From Narcine bancroftii (taxonomy: Eukaryota): 64,000 nt of DNA. Where the stretch lies: NCBI RefSeq assembly GCF_036971445.1, contig NC_091478.1, positions 68,882,001-68,946,000 on the forward strand. Direction: 5' to 3'. The position numbers and the translations under genes are program-made. The notes beneath the pieces were generated by a model that saw nothing but the letters and a program-made list of their open reading frames with translations, was not told the origin of the DNA and searched no databases. Below are positions 36,195 through 48,720 of this stretch, in pieces (position 1 is the first letter of the stretch; each line of letters starts with the position of its first letter).

Positions 36195-37330
36195 AGAACA
36201 TAGAAAAGTACAGGCCCTTCAGCCCTCGATGTTTTGCCAACCCATTTTTTTTTAAAAAAGGTACTAAACCCATCCTACCCTGTAACCCACTATGTGCCTA
36301 AGAGTCTCCAGGCACCCACAAATGTTTTTTTACAAAAACTAGCCCTTGATGTCCTCCCATAAACTTTCCTTCTTTACCTTGTACCCCATCCTCTGGTGTT
36401 TGCTATTCCTGCCCTGGGAAACAGGTGCTAGCTGTCTATCTATGCCACTCATAATCTTATAGACCTCTATCAAGTCTCCTCTCATCCTTTTTTTAATTTA
36501 TTTTTAATGTTCATAGACATTAAAAATTCAAACAGTACAATCCCTTTCAGCACATAAATACAGTCTGTATTTATCCCCCCCACCCAAATACAACTGAGAA
36601 TATGGTCATATAAATTATACAGATACAAATACTGGTGGGGTAAACAACCCCTACAGAAACCAAGGAAAAAGCCAAGGCGAAAAAAAACCCCAGGGTGACT
36701 AGATTTAAAAAAAAACTAAAAAAAAAAGCACGTCATCTGCATCGTCCTATTTCCTTAATCCCACTCATTTCCCTGCTGGGACAGATTGTTACAGTACCCA
36801 TATTTCAAAGGGGTGGCTAGTTCAATCTGCATACCCATGTATTTCCTCCATAGATTATATGTGATTTTTCTCAAGGGGAATGCAACTGCATGTCTCCTCA
36901 TCCTTCTACGCTTCAAAGAGAAAAGTCCCAGTTCTACTAACCTTGCCTCATAGGTCTGGTTTTCCAATCCAGGCAACATCCTAGTAAATTTCTGCGCCTT
37001 CTCCATAGCTTCCACATCCTTTATATAAAGAGGTGACCAGAACTAATCTCAATGTGTCTTAACAAAGATTTGTAGAGTTGCAATGTTTCCAATTTACTCT
37101 CGCTAGTTCCTGCCTCATCCCTTCCCCAGTTGAGCACTTTCCCATTTTGTCTATTTTTATCCTTTTCCATAGCTATTGTGAAGCAAAGGGAGCTGTGGTC
37201 ATGCTCACCAAAATGGTTCACCACCTGACCAGATTCATTACCCAGAACTAGATTCAATATGGCCTCTCTCATCAGCCAGTCCTTCCTGAACATACCTGAC
37301 AAACTCAGCCCCGTCCTTCTACCACTTCCT
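36195..37330 (-). mobile_element. CR1 3' fragment with a nested L1 3' end (~36490-36892, -)
   Basis: AMEKAQKFTRMLPGL (CR1); insert has polyT, a PLRKITYNL C-terminal motif and ctcatcctt direct repeats. Confidence 0.75.
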
Positions 37331-37741
37331 GTAGCACAGTGGTTTTCAGACTTTTTCTTTCCACTCACATTCCACCTTGAGTAATCCCTATGCCATAGGT
37401 GCTCTGTGATTAGTAAGGGATGACTTAAAGTAGTATGTGAGTGGCCGGAAAAAAGATTGAGAACCATTGCTCTTGACCCAATTGTTACTGAAATATTTTG
37501 CTTGAGAAAAATTGTCATTGGCCAATTTCCTTGAGCTATGAAACTGTGCACCTAATGAATCAATTGGGCATGATTAAAACAGTGGTTATCAAACTTTGTT
37601 TCCACTCACATGCCACCTTAAGTAATCCCTTACTAATCAGATAGCACCTATGGTACAGGCACTGTATGATGTGGTACCCATTTTCTAAAAATGTTCTGGG
37701 CTGAATGTTGTTCCTGTGACTTGAATTTTTTTGATTTTCAG

Positions 37742-37894
37742 ATGGAGAAAGCACTTGCTAACATGGCCCTCAAATCTGTAGAAACTGTCACAGCTGCTAA
37801 TGTTGAACAAAAGGAGCAAAATGTCACAAATCCATGTCCAAGTCCTGGTTCTTCTAATGCACTGAAAGGGATTTCACAGAGTCTGCTTGAAAGG
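37742..37894 (+). CDS. CDT1: Cdt1 exon 8
   Basis: MEKALANMAL...ALKGISQSLLER|gtaagt. Confidence 0.96.
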
Positions 37895-38214
37895 GTAAGT
37901 GACCTTGGCAACCAGAGATTTTTTAAAATCCATGATATATAATCCCCTTGATTTAATGCAGAATTTCCAATTCATTTTGTTGTGGCGAGCATAACACTAT
38001 CACTAGAGTTCTAATCTTGCACTGTCTCTGTATGTGGGTTTCAGTTTACTCCCACCCTCCAAAAACATACGAGCCTTGTAGGCTAATTGTGTATTTGGGC
38101 TCATGGTCTAGAAGGGCCTGTAACCAAGCTGTACCTCTAAATTAAATTTGTCTGGTTTCTATTTTGCAATGTGTACATCAGAAGCACAAGTAATAATAAC
38201 TAACTCTTCTATAG

Positions 38215-38416
38215 ATTCGTTCCAAAGAAGCTCAAAAAATTCAGGCAGCAATGACGAGGAATATGGCACAAACTGAGCGTCTTCACATGATGATGAGACT
38301 TCCCGAAATAACAAGAATTTTGCGCAATGTCTTTGTGGCAGAGAAGAAACCAGCTTTGAATATTACAGTGGCATGCAACAGAGTAGTTGACAGCTATCGA
38401 TCTGCAATGACCCTGG
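38215..38416 (+). CDS. CDT1: Cdt1 exon 9 (MCM-binding domain)
   Basis: IRSKEAQKIQAAMTR...RLPEITRILRNVFVAEKKPAL. Confidence 0.97.
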
Positions 38417-39479
38417 GTAAATATTTCAAATAATGATAAATGACAAGACAACCCATTTGGCTACTTGTGGTATCCGATTTAATACTTGAAATTTTCGAAT
38501 TCAAAAGTCAAATTTGGCAAGTGAATGCAGGGGTGGTGGGTGAACAGGACTTGATGTGAATCAGGGCACCAACCTCCTGCTCTTGTGCATATTATAATCG
38601 GCTAAAGTCCAGGGGTGGACATTGTGGAGTCGGCAGTGTGAGTGTTGATTCCTGTGCATTAGGATGAACTTGAGGAAATGTGTTATTGCAAATTCTAAAG
38701 AGGGACTTTAAAAGATTTGTCTGCGAGTTAAATGAAATGAAGGGAAATGGCAATTTGTTTATTAGGTGGTCTAATTATTAATGGATAAATCTTTGCCAGT
38801 AACTGAGGAACTCCTGCATACTTGGGAGAGTGGTTTGAGCAGGCTATTTATAGTGGAAGGAAAAGTCTTTCATCTTGGCATTTCACAATGGTTCTTAGTT
38901 TGCTGCACAAGAGCAAGGCTTGATAGAGCCATGTATGGCAAACAATCTGTCGTATCCATTCCCTTAATCAACAGAAGGTGTAGGTGAAAGCTTACTGGGA
39001 GGGGATGTGAACCAGGGCAAATGACCATGATGGAGACTGGAAATTCAAAGATGGAGATGGGGTTTGGTTGAGCATACTGATAATCCAAAATATCACTGAA
39101 TGGGGGAGAAGGGCGTAAAATTAAACCATTGAAATTTTACAGGGCAGATACGATTTGTAGGAGACTTTTGAGGGCCACTAAAGAAAATTGGTCAGGATGG
39201 TAAAGGAATAGTTCATTGTAGAAAATAAATGTAAATTGAAGGTAGATTTGGAATCCCAAAATTTTGCATTAACAAGTAGTGATGAGGGTATGGAATAGAT
39301 TTCTTTGAATAATGGGTGAAACATCTGTGGATGGATACTGGAATGAAACTACTTTAAGATGTTCTAAAGAACATACTTTTTCTAAAATTTCAAAAATAAA
39401 ATTTAAATTTGGAGTTGCCTGTTCATTATACTGTACATTTGGAATGAGCTGATTCACGAAGTAACTTTTTGAATTTCAG

Positions 39480-39643
39480 TTGAAATGGAGAAACATCTGC
39501 GGCTACTGGCTACAATTGTTCCTGACTGGCTGAATATACACATTATCAGGAAGGACGTGTATATTAAGTTGAACAAGAATGTGGAGTTGAGCATCATTGT
39601 GGAGAAAATTGCAAAAAAGATAAAGGAAGAGGAAAAAGTGTGA
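39480..39643 (+). CDS. CDT1: Cdt1 exon 10, last coding exon
   Basis: EMEKHLRLLATIVPDWLNIHIIRKDVYIKL...EEEKV*; spliced CDS totals 1995 bp. Confidence 0.96.
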
Positions 39644-41139
39644 TATTTTAAAGAATGTTCTGCATCTTTATTAGATGACAGGAAACAAGGATACTGGAAT
39701 GAGACAACTTGAGTATTTGCAGATCATTATTTTTCCTTCATTATTAAGCTTTACATTTGTACAGCGGTAGTCTCTGTACAGTGTGAAGATTACTTATTGG
39801 GGTTAAGATTTTGACAAGTTAGGCGCGATAGATGAATTCAGCTTGAACTGTGGATTCAAAGAATATTTGATCTTTTTGTGCAATATTCAGTTGATCTTCC
39901 AGGAACTTTTTCAAAAGAATAGCGGTATGTGCAATTTTTCAAAAATTTGTGCTTTGAAAATTTGTGCCGTTAATGTTAAACTGAAAATTAATGTATGAGC
40001 AGTGGGTAGTGGGGTTAATTTTAAGAAACAACCTGATTAAATATTTAACTTGACTTTTGGTTTTTATTTCAAATCTATGAACTGATTAGCATTTAGTTTT
40101 GTAAAATACACTGTCACCTTCAACAAATATGTGTGGAAGGATGTATGATTGCTTCTTGTATTTGTCATTAATTGCAATGATAGCTGTTCTTATTCACTAC
40201 TTTATTGTTCCATATTAGAACTTCAGACAGGAAATTGGAATCTTATCATGGGGAAAACTAGAGCCTAAATCTGATCGGGATTGACCACTTGGCCAGAATC
40301 TCCACATAATCATTATAATCAGTTATTATGCCAGCACACACTCCTGCACATTCTGCTCAGGTCATACAAATTACTTCCCTGTTGCATCTTTTGGTAGGTT
40401 GATCAACTTCAACAAAACTTGAACGATACAACCAAGGATCTAGTCAGTTTTTTTTTTTGGATAAGCATGAGGCTGTTTACTTAACATGAAGAATGGTTTT
40501 CATCTCTGGACTCCTTCCATCAATGTGGGGTTTGTGGTTCTGCTCTATTTCTAAATCTCCAACATCTGCACTTTATTGTTTGACATTTTTCAGTGATGTT
40601 TGCAGGTTTGCTCTTGGAGACTTTGCAAAGTGCAACATTGGTTGCAGTGTCCAAGACAGAGTAGTTATTCCCAAATTAAACTGCCAGAATGATGTGTTGT
40701 TTTAGAGCAGAACCATATGTCTGATCTATTAAATTGTAGACAAGAGACTAACTGCTGGAATCTAGTCAATCAACTGCAGAAGAAACTCAGGGCTATGAGC
40801 AGTATTTGTTTTCTGAGGAGGAGCACTTTCTGCTTGACCAATGGAGTTCCTTAGGCAGTTTGCCTTTTGTACTATTTCAAAAACCTAAATATTACACCTG
40901 TATCATTTAATGACATCTATAAAAATACAAAAACTCAGCAATCTTTTTTATGTTGCCCATTAAACCAACGTGACAGTCGAACAGATGAATAACAGCATGG
41001 TGAGGCTTAAAGTATGCACAAAAGGCTTTAAAAACAGGAGCATGAGTAACTAAGATGTTGCTGTGTTTGGAGAAAGCAGTCAGCAACTAGCCAGGCGTGC
41101 ATGAAGATCACATCAATGAGCTGAAGCAGACAACTAGAG

Positions 41140-41822
41140 CATGGATCGTCCTCAGCAGGGGATTCTTTAGGAACAAACAAATGCAAAAAAATGGAGCCAC
41201 TGAAATATTGTCACACCCAGCTGAGACCCCAGAGGAGTATGATGTGCAGAACTTGTCAGAGGCACTCCATTATCACTAGAGTACACGAGCATTCATTCAA
41301 ATTAAAAAGCTCAGCTTCTAACATTAAATGGGATGTATCTCAATACAAGAGCTATATTGAGAGCATCTTGGCCAGCTGCATCAGTGTGGTACAGTTGCTG
41401 CAGAGAAATCGATCAGAGGTGAATCCACAGGACCACAAGAGTAACTTAGAGGATCACCCCTTATCAACATGGTCTACCAAGATCAATGACTGAAGAGGGC
41501 TGCAAAACACCAAATTTCATGATTCAAAATCATTAATGACCACTCACCCCCCCCCCCCCCCCCCCACTCCCACACAGCATCTGCTCCCATCGGGAAAGAG
41601 ACACAGGAGTATCAGAGCCAGCACCACCAGGCTGAGGAACAGTTTCTTCCCATAGGCAGTGAGAATGCTGAAAGACAAAAGGAACTACTCCTACTAACGA
41701 TGTGAGATTCTCCTTTACGAAACAATATTTATTTGAATATATGAATGCGTCTTGCATGTGTGTTGTGTCTGGTTGTGTCCATTGCTGTTTCACTGGGTTG
41801 CACTTATACAATCAGATGATTT
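41140..41822 (+). mobile_element. Rex1/Babar-like LINE 3' fragment between CDT1 and APRT
   Basis: YKSYIESILASCISVW-like segment; ctcccatcgggaaagagacacaggagtatcagagccagcaccaccaggctgaggaacagtttcttcc. Confidence 0.7.
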
Positions 41823-41869
41823 GACACGATACAATGAATTGCAATTTCGGTGCAGGATGACACTGGTGC

Positions 41870-42009
41870 TTAGAACTGAACTAGTGAATGAAAAGGCACA
41901 CAATTCAGTTTTTCTGTACCATTCAGATCCTTAATTTCAATTACAACCAAGCATTCAAGAACATCAGCTCCAATTTTCTTCATTAGATCGTAGGCAGCTC
42001 TCAGGGTAC
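41870..42009 (-). CDS. APRT: Adenine phosphoribosyltransferase exon 5 (last)
   Basis: GTLRAAYDLMKKIGADVLECLVVIEIKDLNGTEKLNCVPFHSLVQF*. Confidence 0.96.
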
Positions 42010-42244
42010 CTGCAACAACAACAAAAAAAGTTTATTCAAGCATCTGATTCCATTAAAAACTTTAAACTACTTGAGAATTGAAAGGTTAAATAGTTTTCTA
42101 TTTAATTGTAACACTAAATAAATCTGCCTAGAATTTCAATGATCAATTCCTGGGCCAGATGTAATAATGTATCATGGGAGATGGCAAATCACAATCTCCT
42201 TTCCATTGATTTCAAAATCAAACTATTCAAAGTCAAGATCTATA

Positions 42245-42670
42245 CAGATAGACCCCAACTTACGATATTTCAAAGTTACATCGATCAGAATCAGTTTTGA
42301 ATGAAGCTAAGTCATGGTCTATCTGTATCAACGTGGTTACTTTTCCTTCTAGTGACATCAAGGAAATGTGCATTGACGGCTGATCGCCCAACGCCTTTTT
42401 AAAAAAAAAAGTGATTTGGGATGCATGTGCAGACTGCCATCTCTGGGGAGGAGGAGAGAGCATGAGCATGTACAGACTGCCTTCGCTGTCCAAAAAGCGG
42501 GGGAGTAGATTGGGCGGCTGCAGGGAAAGGAATGTTGAGCGCATCTCCCTCCAGCAAGTTGCACGAAGCCTTCTCAGTGTCCTCTCCCCAACTGCCCACG
42601 CATCCGAGCTCCCAACCTCAATTTACGATAAGTCCTGGAACCCAACCCCTTGTACATCGGGGTCTACCTG
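42245..42670. mobile_element. Tc1/mariner-pogo (Tigger-like) MITE in APRT intron 4
   Basis: ta|cagatagacccc ... ggggtctacctg TIRs. Confidence 0.65.
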
Positions 42671-42818
42671 CGCACACCTAAAGAGAGATTAGGTCAAGTT
42701 GCAATGTAATGGGATGTTAAACTCTGCTGTCGATTTTGATAAAAAGCCTAAATGCTTAAATCACAAAGTTCCAACATATTCTAGGCCAAAATTCACAAAA
42801 TTGTGGTATATCTTGTAC

Positions 42819-42897
42819 CTCCAGTTGCAATTAAATCATCAAGGATGACAACTTTTTGCTGTGATTTCACACTATCAATTTGTATCTCTAATTCTGC
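42819..42897 (-). CDS. APRT: APRT exon 4 (PRPP-binding motif)
   Basis: [27 protein letters not shown]; 79 bp. Confidence 0.97.
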
Positions 42898-43003
42898 CTG
42901 TAAAAAGAGAAAAGCATATTTCAGGACATGATAATGTGTTACAATTATATATTACATAGATTATAATATCTTCATTTTTTTTATACAATAAAAGAAGGAT
43001 TAC

Positions 43004-43137
43004 CTCTCCATATTCTAGATTGTAGCTTATGGAAAATATTTTACCCGGAAGTTTTCCTTTCTTTCTAATGGGTACAAAACCAATTCCAAGTCTCTGTGCC
43101 AGAGAAGGACCAAAAAAAAATCCACGGGCATCCAAAC
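43004..43137 (-). CDS. APRT: APRT exon 3
   Basis: [32 protein letters not shown]...YNLEYGE; 134 bp. Confidence 0.97.
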
Positions 43138-43523
43138 CTGTGGAACACAAAAACAGGGCTACTGCACAAAAGAATTGATCATATAGAGCAGCTTTATTCT
43201 AAATAAATCGGTACACATATAAAATCCTGTAATTTGTGTGAAAATGCTTATTTTTGAGAATTAAAAATTATTCATCTACACTTCCTTCACAAAAGATTGG
43301 AAACAATTACAAAGTAAAATGTTCTCCTAAATTGTTTGCCAAAAGAATAACCTAAAACAACCAATGACATGAATGAAACAGCCACATGTAAAATATTAGC
43401 CTATAGAATCTAGATATATGAAAAACTGAAGGCTGAATCTCACTCACATTCATGTCACACTCTTTCAGGATCTCCCCATGTCGCTTAAAGATCAAGTAAC
43501 CTTTCAAGAAACCTCTGACTTAC

Positions 43524-43627
43524 CCACAATTAAATCCATTTGGAGAAACTTCCTTTTCAAATGATCTTCAAGCAGGTCAATAACTGCATTAAAGGCTCTA
43601 GGATCTTTCAAAATGGGGAGAATGTCT
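43524..43627 (-). CDS. APRT: APRT exon 2
   Basis: DILPILKDPRAFNAVIDLLEDHLKRKFLQMDLIV; tttcag| and |gtaagt boundaries; phases fit. Confidence 0.95.
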
Positions 43628-46600
43628 CTGAAAATATATTGGGGATAAGTCAATTATAGTAACAAAATATTGGAACTGCTCAACATCAGTGTTCTGTAGA
43701 AATGAATACCAAGTTCTGAATGAGACAACTGTTACCAACCCACTTGTTCTTGCTACCAAAATGATTGCCTTGCTGGTCAATGCTTGAAGCATGTGCAGAC
43801 TTATTTGGGCATTAACAGTAAACATGCATTTTTACCAGATTAAGCATTTGTTTTGTCTGTAGATTCAAGGACATTTGATAGTAGAAAATGATTGGTATAT
43901 AGATTCATCATCAGACATTATAGCAGAGCAGAAAAAAAATTAGGAATGCAGTTACAAATGTGCAAAATGCATTTGCTTCATCCAAATCATTACTGATATA
44001 CAGATATAATATAAACAAAGACAAATTGAAATAGCTATTTCACAAATTCTGGTGATGGGTTAGTTGTGTAGTAACTTGCAGAAACTTCAATATTGCAATA
44101 TGTTCAAATTAATCTTTCAATGGGCAACCATTCTATTTTATATTCAAAATTGAGGATATTACAGATAGGAATTGTATTACTGTGAGTGAAAACAGGTTTG
44201 GTAGGTCTCAAAGGCAAGAAGTCTGCGCACTATTTTGGTAAGGAAGGATTTTATTTACAGAAGGCAAGTGTGGGAAATGGTAACAGATAGAGCACAAAGA
44301 CAATTTACAGCAGCTGGGAAAAAAATAGTGGACAATAACAAAAGTGAGGAAAATAGCGTGTAAACAAAATACAATGAACTGGAACATACAATGATCAAGG
44401 AAAAATCACTATGATGCCCCACCATCCCTTGACTCAGTACAACCACGGACACAAATTAAACCCCCCTCTTAACAGTGCACATCTTACCAACAGTTTCACC
44501 AGCGCCCTTCCATGTCTCTAGGCTCAGAGTGAAGCAGGGTGGACCTTCGCTGGCAAAGGAGAACAAAGGACACATGGCACCTTTAGGTTCAGCCCAGGTT
44601 GTTAGTAGGACCCAAGAGCTCAGTGCCAGGAGGATTAATCCAATTACAACAGCCAATGGCCCAAGGCCAAGAACAGGCAGGCTGGAGAGTACAGTCCAGG
44701 TCATTTACATGGACCCAGCGGCAAGGTGTGCACTAATGGGTGGGGTGAAATCAAACCTTGATTGGCAGCTGGTGTGTCCTCTGACTAGGTAGGGGGCAGT
44801 GCTGTCACGTGACAGCCACAACCTTTCCCAATATAATTAACATCAGAACAATTTTAAAAGTATTTTTTAATCTATTTTATTCTAATCATGACCAGAGAAT
44901 ATTGCAGGTTCCATACCTGGTTTCAATTCAAGATGCCATACTCACAAGATTGATTTTGTTGAAGTCAAGTCAACTGCTTTGGGATGCAGAAGCACCTCAA
45001 CAGCAAACAAATGACAAGCAAAATTTCTCCTGTGGTTTTATTTATCAAAATCTGTAGGAATTCTACCATAGAAGTAAGCCAACGATCCATCATATCCAAG
45101 CTTATTAACAATAGAGTTCACAAATTAATCTGAATGCTCTCAAATCGCTTTAACCTTGACTATTCTCTCTGTGCACTCAAGGGGGCCCTGAAGAGCCAGC
45201 TAAGTTAGTAAAAACACAAATGCTGGAGGTAGGTCTCGCAGTATCCAAAGGAGGTAAAGATATATTCAGCTAAATTAACTCCATGAACTTTATTAATCAA
45301 GTGGGCCAGGAAGTAATTAGGTCCAGTAATAAAAGATGGACTGGGTAACAAAAATATGAACAAAATATTAAGATCCAGGTAAATGCTTTTTAAAGTGTAA
45401 ACTCGAATGAGCAAAACAATCATAAGGGGACCAATCTGCATCAGTCAAATTGTCACAGGTATGATTCTTTTATATTAGAAAAGAGAAAATCGCTCAAGTT
45501 CTAGGTACAGTTGTTGTAATAGTCAATATTATGAATATTATAAATGCAGATTCTGTACAGAGTTGAAAATGTTGGCAGAAATTATAATAATCTGTTGGAG
45601 GAACTCAGCAGATTGAGCAGCATCAGTGGGAGAAAAAGAATGATCAACGATTCAGGTTGGAACTCCCAAGTCTTGACGAATGGTTCCAGCCCAAAACATA
45701 CCCTGATCGTATACTGTCAACTCAAGTCCATGATGGTTCCTGACCCTGCTAGGTTGATGGGTCGAATATACTTTGTAATACAGTCCATCAGCTTAAGCTA
45801 TAGCTGGTTTATCGAACACATTACAAAAGGGAAATAAAGAACATAGTACAGGTCCTTTGGCCCACAATGTGCCAATCTAGATATATTGAACAAAAAAACC
45901 TAAATCCTCCCTACCTTATATCCCTCTATTTGTCTTAAATGCCCCTGTTATTTCACCCTCCACCACCTCCCCTGACACTGCATTCCAGGCACCCACAACT
46001 CTGTAAAAAAACCTTGCCCCTGGATGTTTCCCCTAAAACATAAATTCTCAAGGTGGAGCATGGGAATATTTTGGTAGGGCACAGGTCTTAAGAATATTTT
46101 AGTGGGGCATAGGAATATTTTGGGGAATATTAAAAAGTTGGTTTGAAAACAAACTCGTTAGGTCGGTGCGAAAGATGTGACTTGGCAACATTGTCAGTTC
46201 AACACAATTGTGGTATTTTCCAAGTGAAATCAATTTGTTCTTTTTATTTTAATAACATGTGTTTTTGCTCTTCTGACATTTCTCTGTTGTTTATCTTATT
46301 TTAACTGTTGTTATCCTTGGTTAATATTATATATTTTTTGACCGGTCTTATTGTTTCAACAATCATGTCTCCGTCCAGACCCTTTTACTTTTTCAGTTCA
46401 GTAGTGAGTGAGATCTGTACATATTTTTGTGCACTAGTGTATTGTTGGGGGGTGTGGGGGGGTAGGGTCCACCCAAGGTGCCAGCCTGAGGACGCCAAAA
46501 ATCAGAAAAAAAATAGGGACCTCAGAAAGTAAAGCATGGAGCAGTTTTGATGCACTCTCTACGTGAAAAAAAATGTTAGAAACCATGCTAGTGTTTTTTC

Positions 46601-47731
46601 CCCATTTTTTTTGAGGGTCAGTATTCTTCCTTTGATACGATCATTACTTTTATTACATTTTTTCAATTCTAAGACATATTGATAAATCTGTTTCAGGCAG
46701 CTCGCACTGTTATATATTCAAAATGAGCAGTCCAAGCAAGCAAAAGGTTCGTCACGATTCAGTGGAGTTCTTGAAGTTTGGGTTTATACCTGTTGTACAT
46801 GATGAACATGCCATCAGACTTTGACAAATGAATCCATGAAAGCAGGCCGTCTTGAAGCTCATTTGAGGATAAAACAACCCAGCCATGTCAATTCAAAATT
46901 GGAATATTTTATATCACTGAAAGAGAAGTTTGAAAATATATCAAAAAATCACTTCATTATTCGCTGTGCAAACTACAGCCCTGAATTGTACCCTTGAAGC
47001 TGGTAGCAAAATATGGGAAGAATCATACAATTGGGGAGGAACTGATTAAACCGCAATACCATTATATCTCAAAACAGTTCTGAAAAGGATGACAAAGATG
47101 TCCAAACAGTGCCATTGAATAATAGTACTGTCTGCAACAGAAGACATGGGTCAAGATGTTGAAAAACAGCTTATTGAGAAGTTGAAATCACTTAAGTTCT
47201 CAATACAACTGAATAAATCTTCCGTAAAAGACAGTGAGGCGGAGGAGTCACGTGATGGAGTAGTGGCCGGACGGTGAACTCCAGCCCTCTCCAGAAAAGT
47301 CGGGAAAAACAAAGGAAAACACAAAGGCACAGAAATAAAAGTTACAGAAAAGTGAGTATAAAGGTGGAAAGAAGATGGCGACAAAAAAAGAAAAATTGAA
47401 AGCAACGATAAGAAGAGAGGAAGAGAAGACAAAGGAGGAAAAAGGTGAAGGCCTTACCTGTCCGAAGAGGCCTGCTGCGGAGAGAGAAACCCGCTCCCTC
47501 AGGTCGGTAAATAATGGACTACAAAAATGGCTCGCTGAGCCGAGTAAAAGTGCGCAACCGCGCATGCGCGATGAGCATGAAAAAAAACACACCGACGGGA
47601 GGGGGGACCAGCTGGGGAGTCGATCTCCACAGCCGGCAACGACAGCTGCAGAACACCTGCAGCAAGAAGAGACCACAGAAGACAATGGAAACAAGAAAGA
47701 AGAGAAGGAAAGGGCAACAAAGAAACAACAG

Positions 47732-48582
47732 ATGGCCAACCCAGAGGAAGAAGAAGAGGAAGAGGAAGAGTACAGTGAAATAGAAGAAGAAAGGCAAGAT
47801 AAAGAAGGTACTTTCTCTTATTAAAGGATACATGGAGTCATTTAAAGAATGGCAAACACAGGAATTTAATGATTTAAGAAAAAGAATAAACAACACAGAA
47901 GAGAAAATGAATAAAATAGAGATGACCTTAACAGAAATGGGAAAGAAAATGGACAAGATGGAAGAGCGGGCAGTAGCAGCAGAAATGGAGGTAGAAGACT
48001 TAAAAAAGAAATTGGAGGTATCTAATAAAAAAACTAAAGAGACACAAGAACTACTAGCTCAAAAAATAGATACAATGGAAAATTATAACAGAAGAAATAA
48101 CATAAAGATAGTGGGCCTTAAGGAAGATGAAGAAGGCAAGAATATGAGGGAGTTTATAAAAGAGTGGATCCCTAAGACCCTAGGATGTCCAGAACTACAG
48201 CAAGAAATGGAAATAGAAAGGGCACATAGAGTATTGGCCTCTAAACCACAACCACAACAAAAACCAAGATCTATTGTAGTAAAATTCCTAAGATATACTA
48301 CAAGAGAAAAGGTACTGGAGAAGACAATGGAAAAAGTAAGAGAGGGCAACAAACCACTGGAGTATAAAGGGCAAAAAAATCTTCATTTATCCAGATATAA
48401 GTTTTGAACTCCTAAAGAAGAGAAAAGAGTTCAATACAGCAAAGGCGATTTTATGGAAGAAAGGGTATAAATTTATACTAAAGCATCCAGCGGTATTGAA
48501 AATATTTATTCCAGGACAACAAAACAGACTATTCTCGGATCCAGAAGAAGCACGAAAATTTGCAGAACAATTACAAAAATAG
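47732..48582 (+). pseudogene. L1 ORF1p (coiled coil, RRM, CTD) with two frameshifts
   Basis: ORF 47832-48407 plus out-of-frame flanks MANPEEEE... and IYPDISFELLKKRKEFN...FAEQLQK*. Confidence 0.85.
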
Positions 48583-48720
48583 ACTGAGGGAGGAAGACGG
48601 GTAATGAGAGTTAAAATGATCACGATTGATATGTATGTGGGTAAAGACAAAAATAGACTGAGGGATGAAGACGGGTAATGAGAGTAAAAATGATCACGAT
48701 TGATATGTATGCGGGTAAAG
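48573..48720 (+). repeat. Tandem duplication, 2 x 74 bp, at the ORF1 stop
   Basis: acaaaaatagactgaggga.gaagacgggtaatgagagt.aaaatgatcacgattgatatgtatg.gggtaaag occurs twice. Confidence 0.9.
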
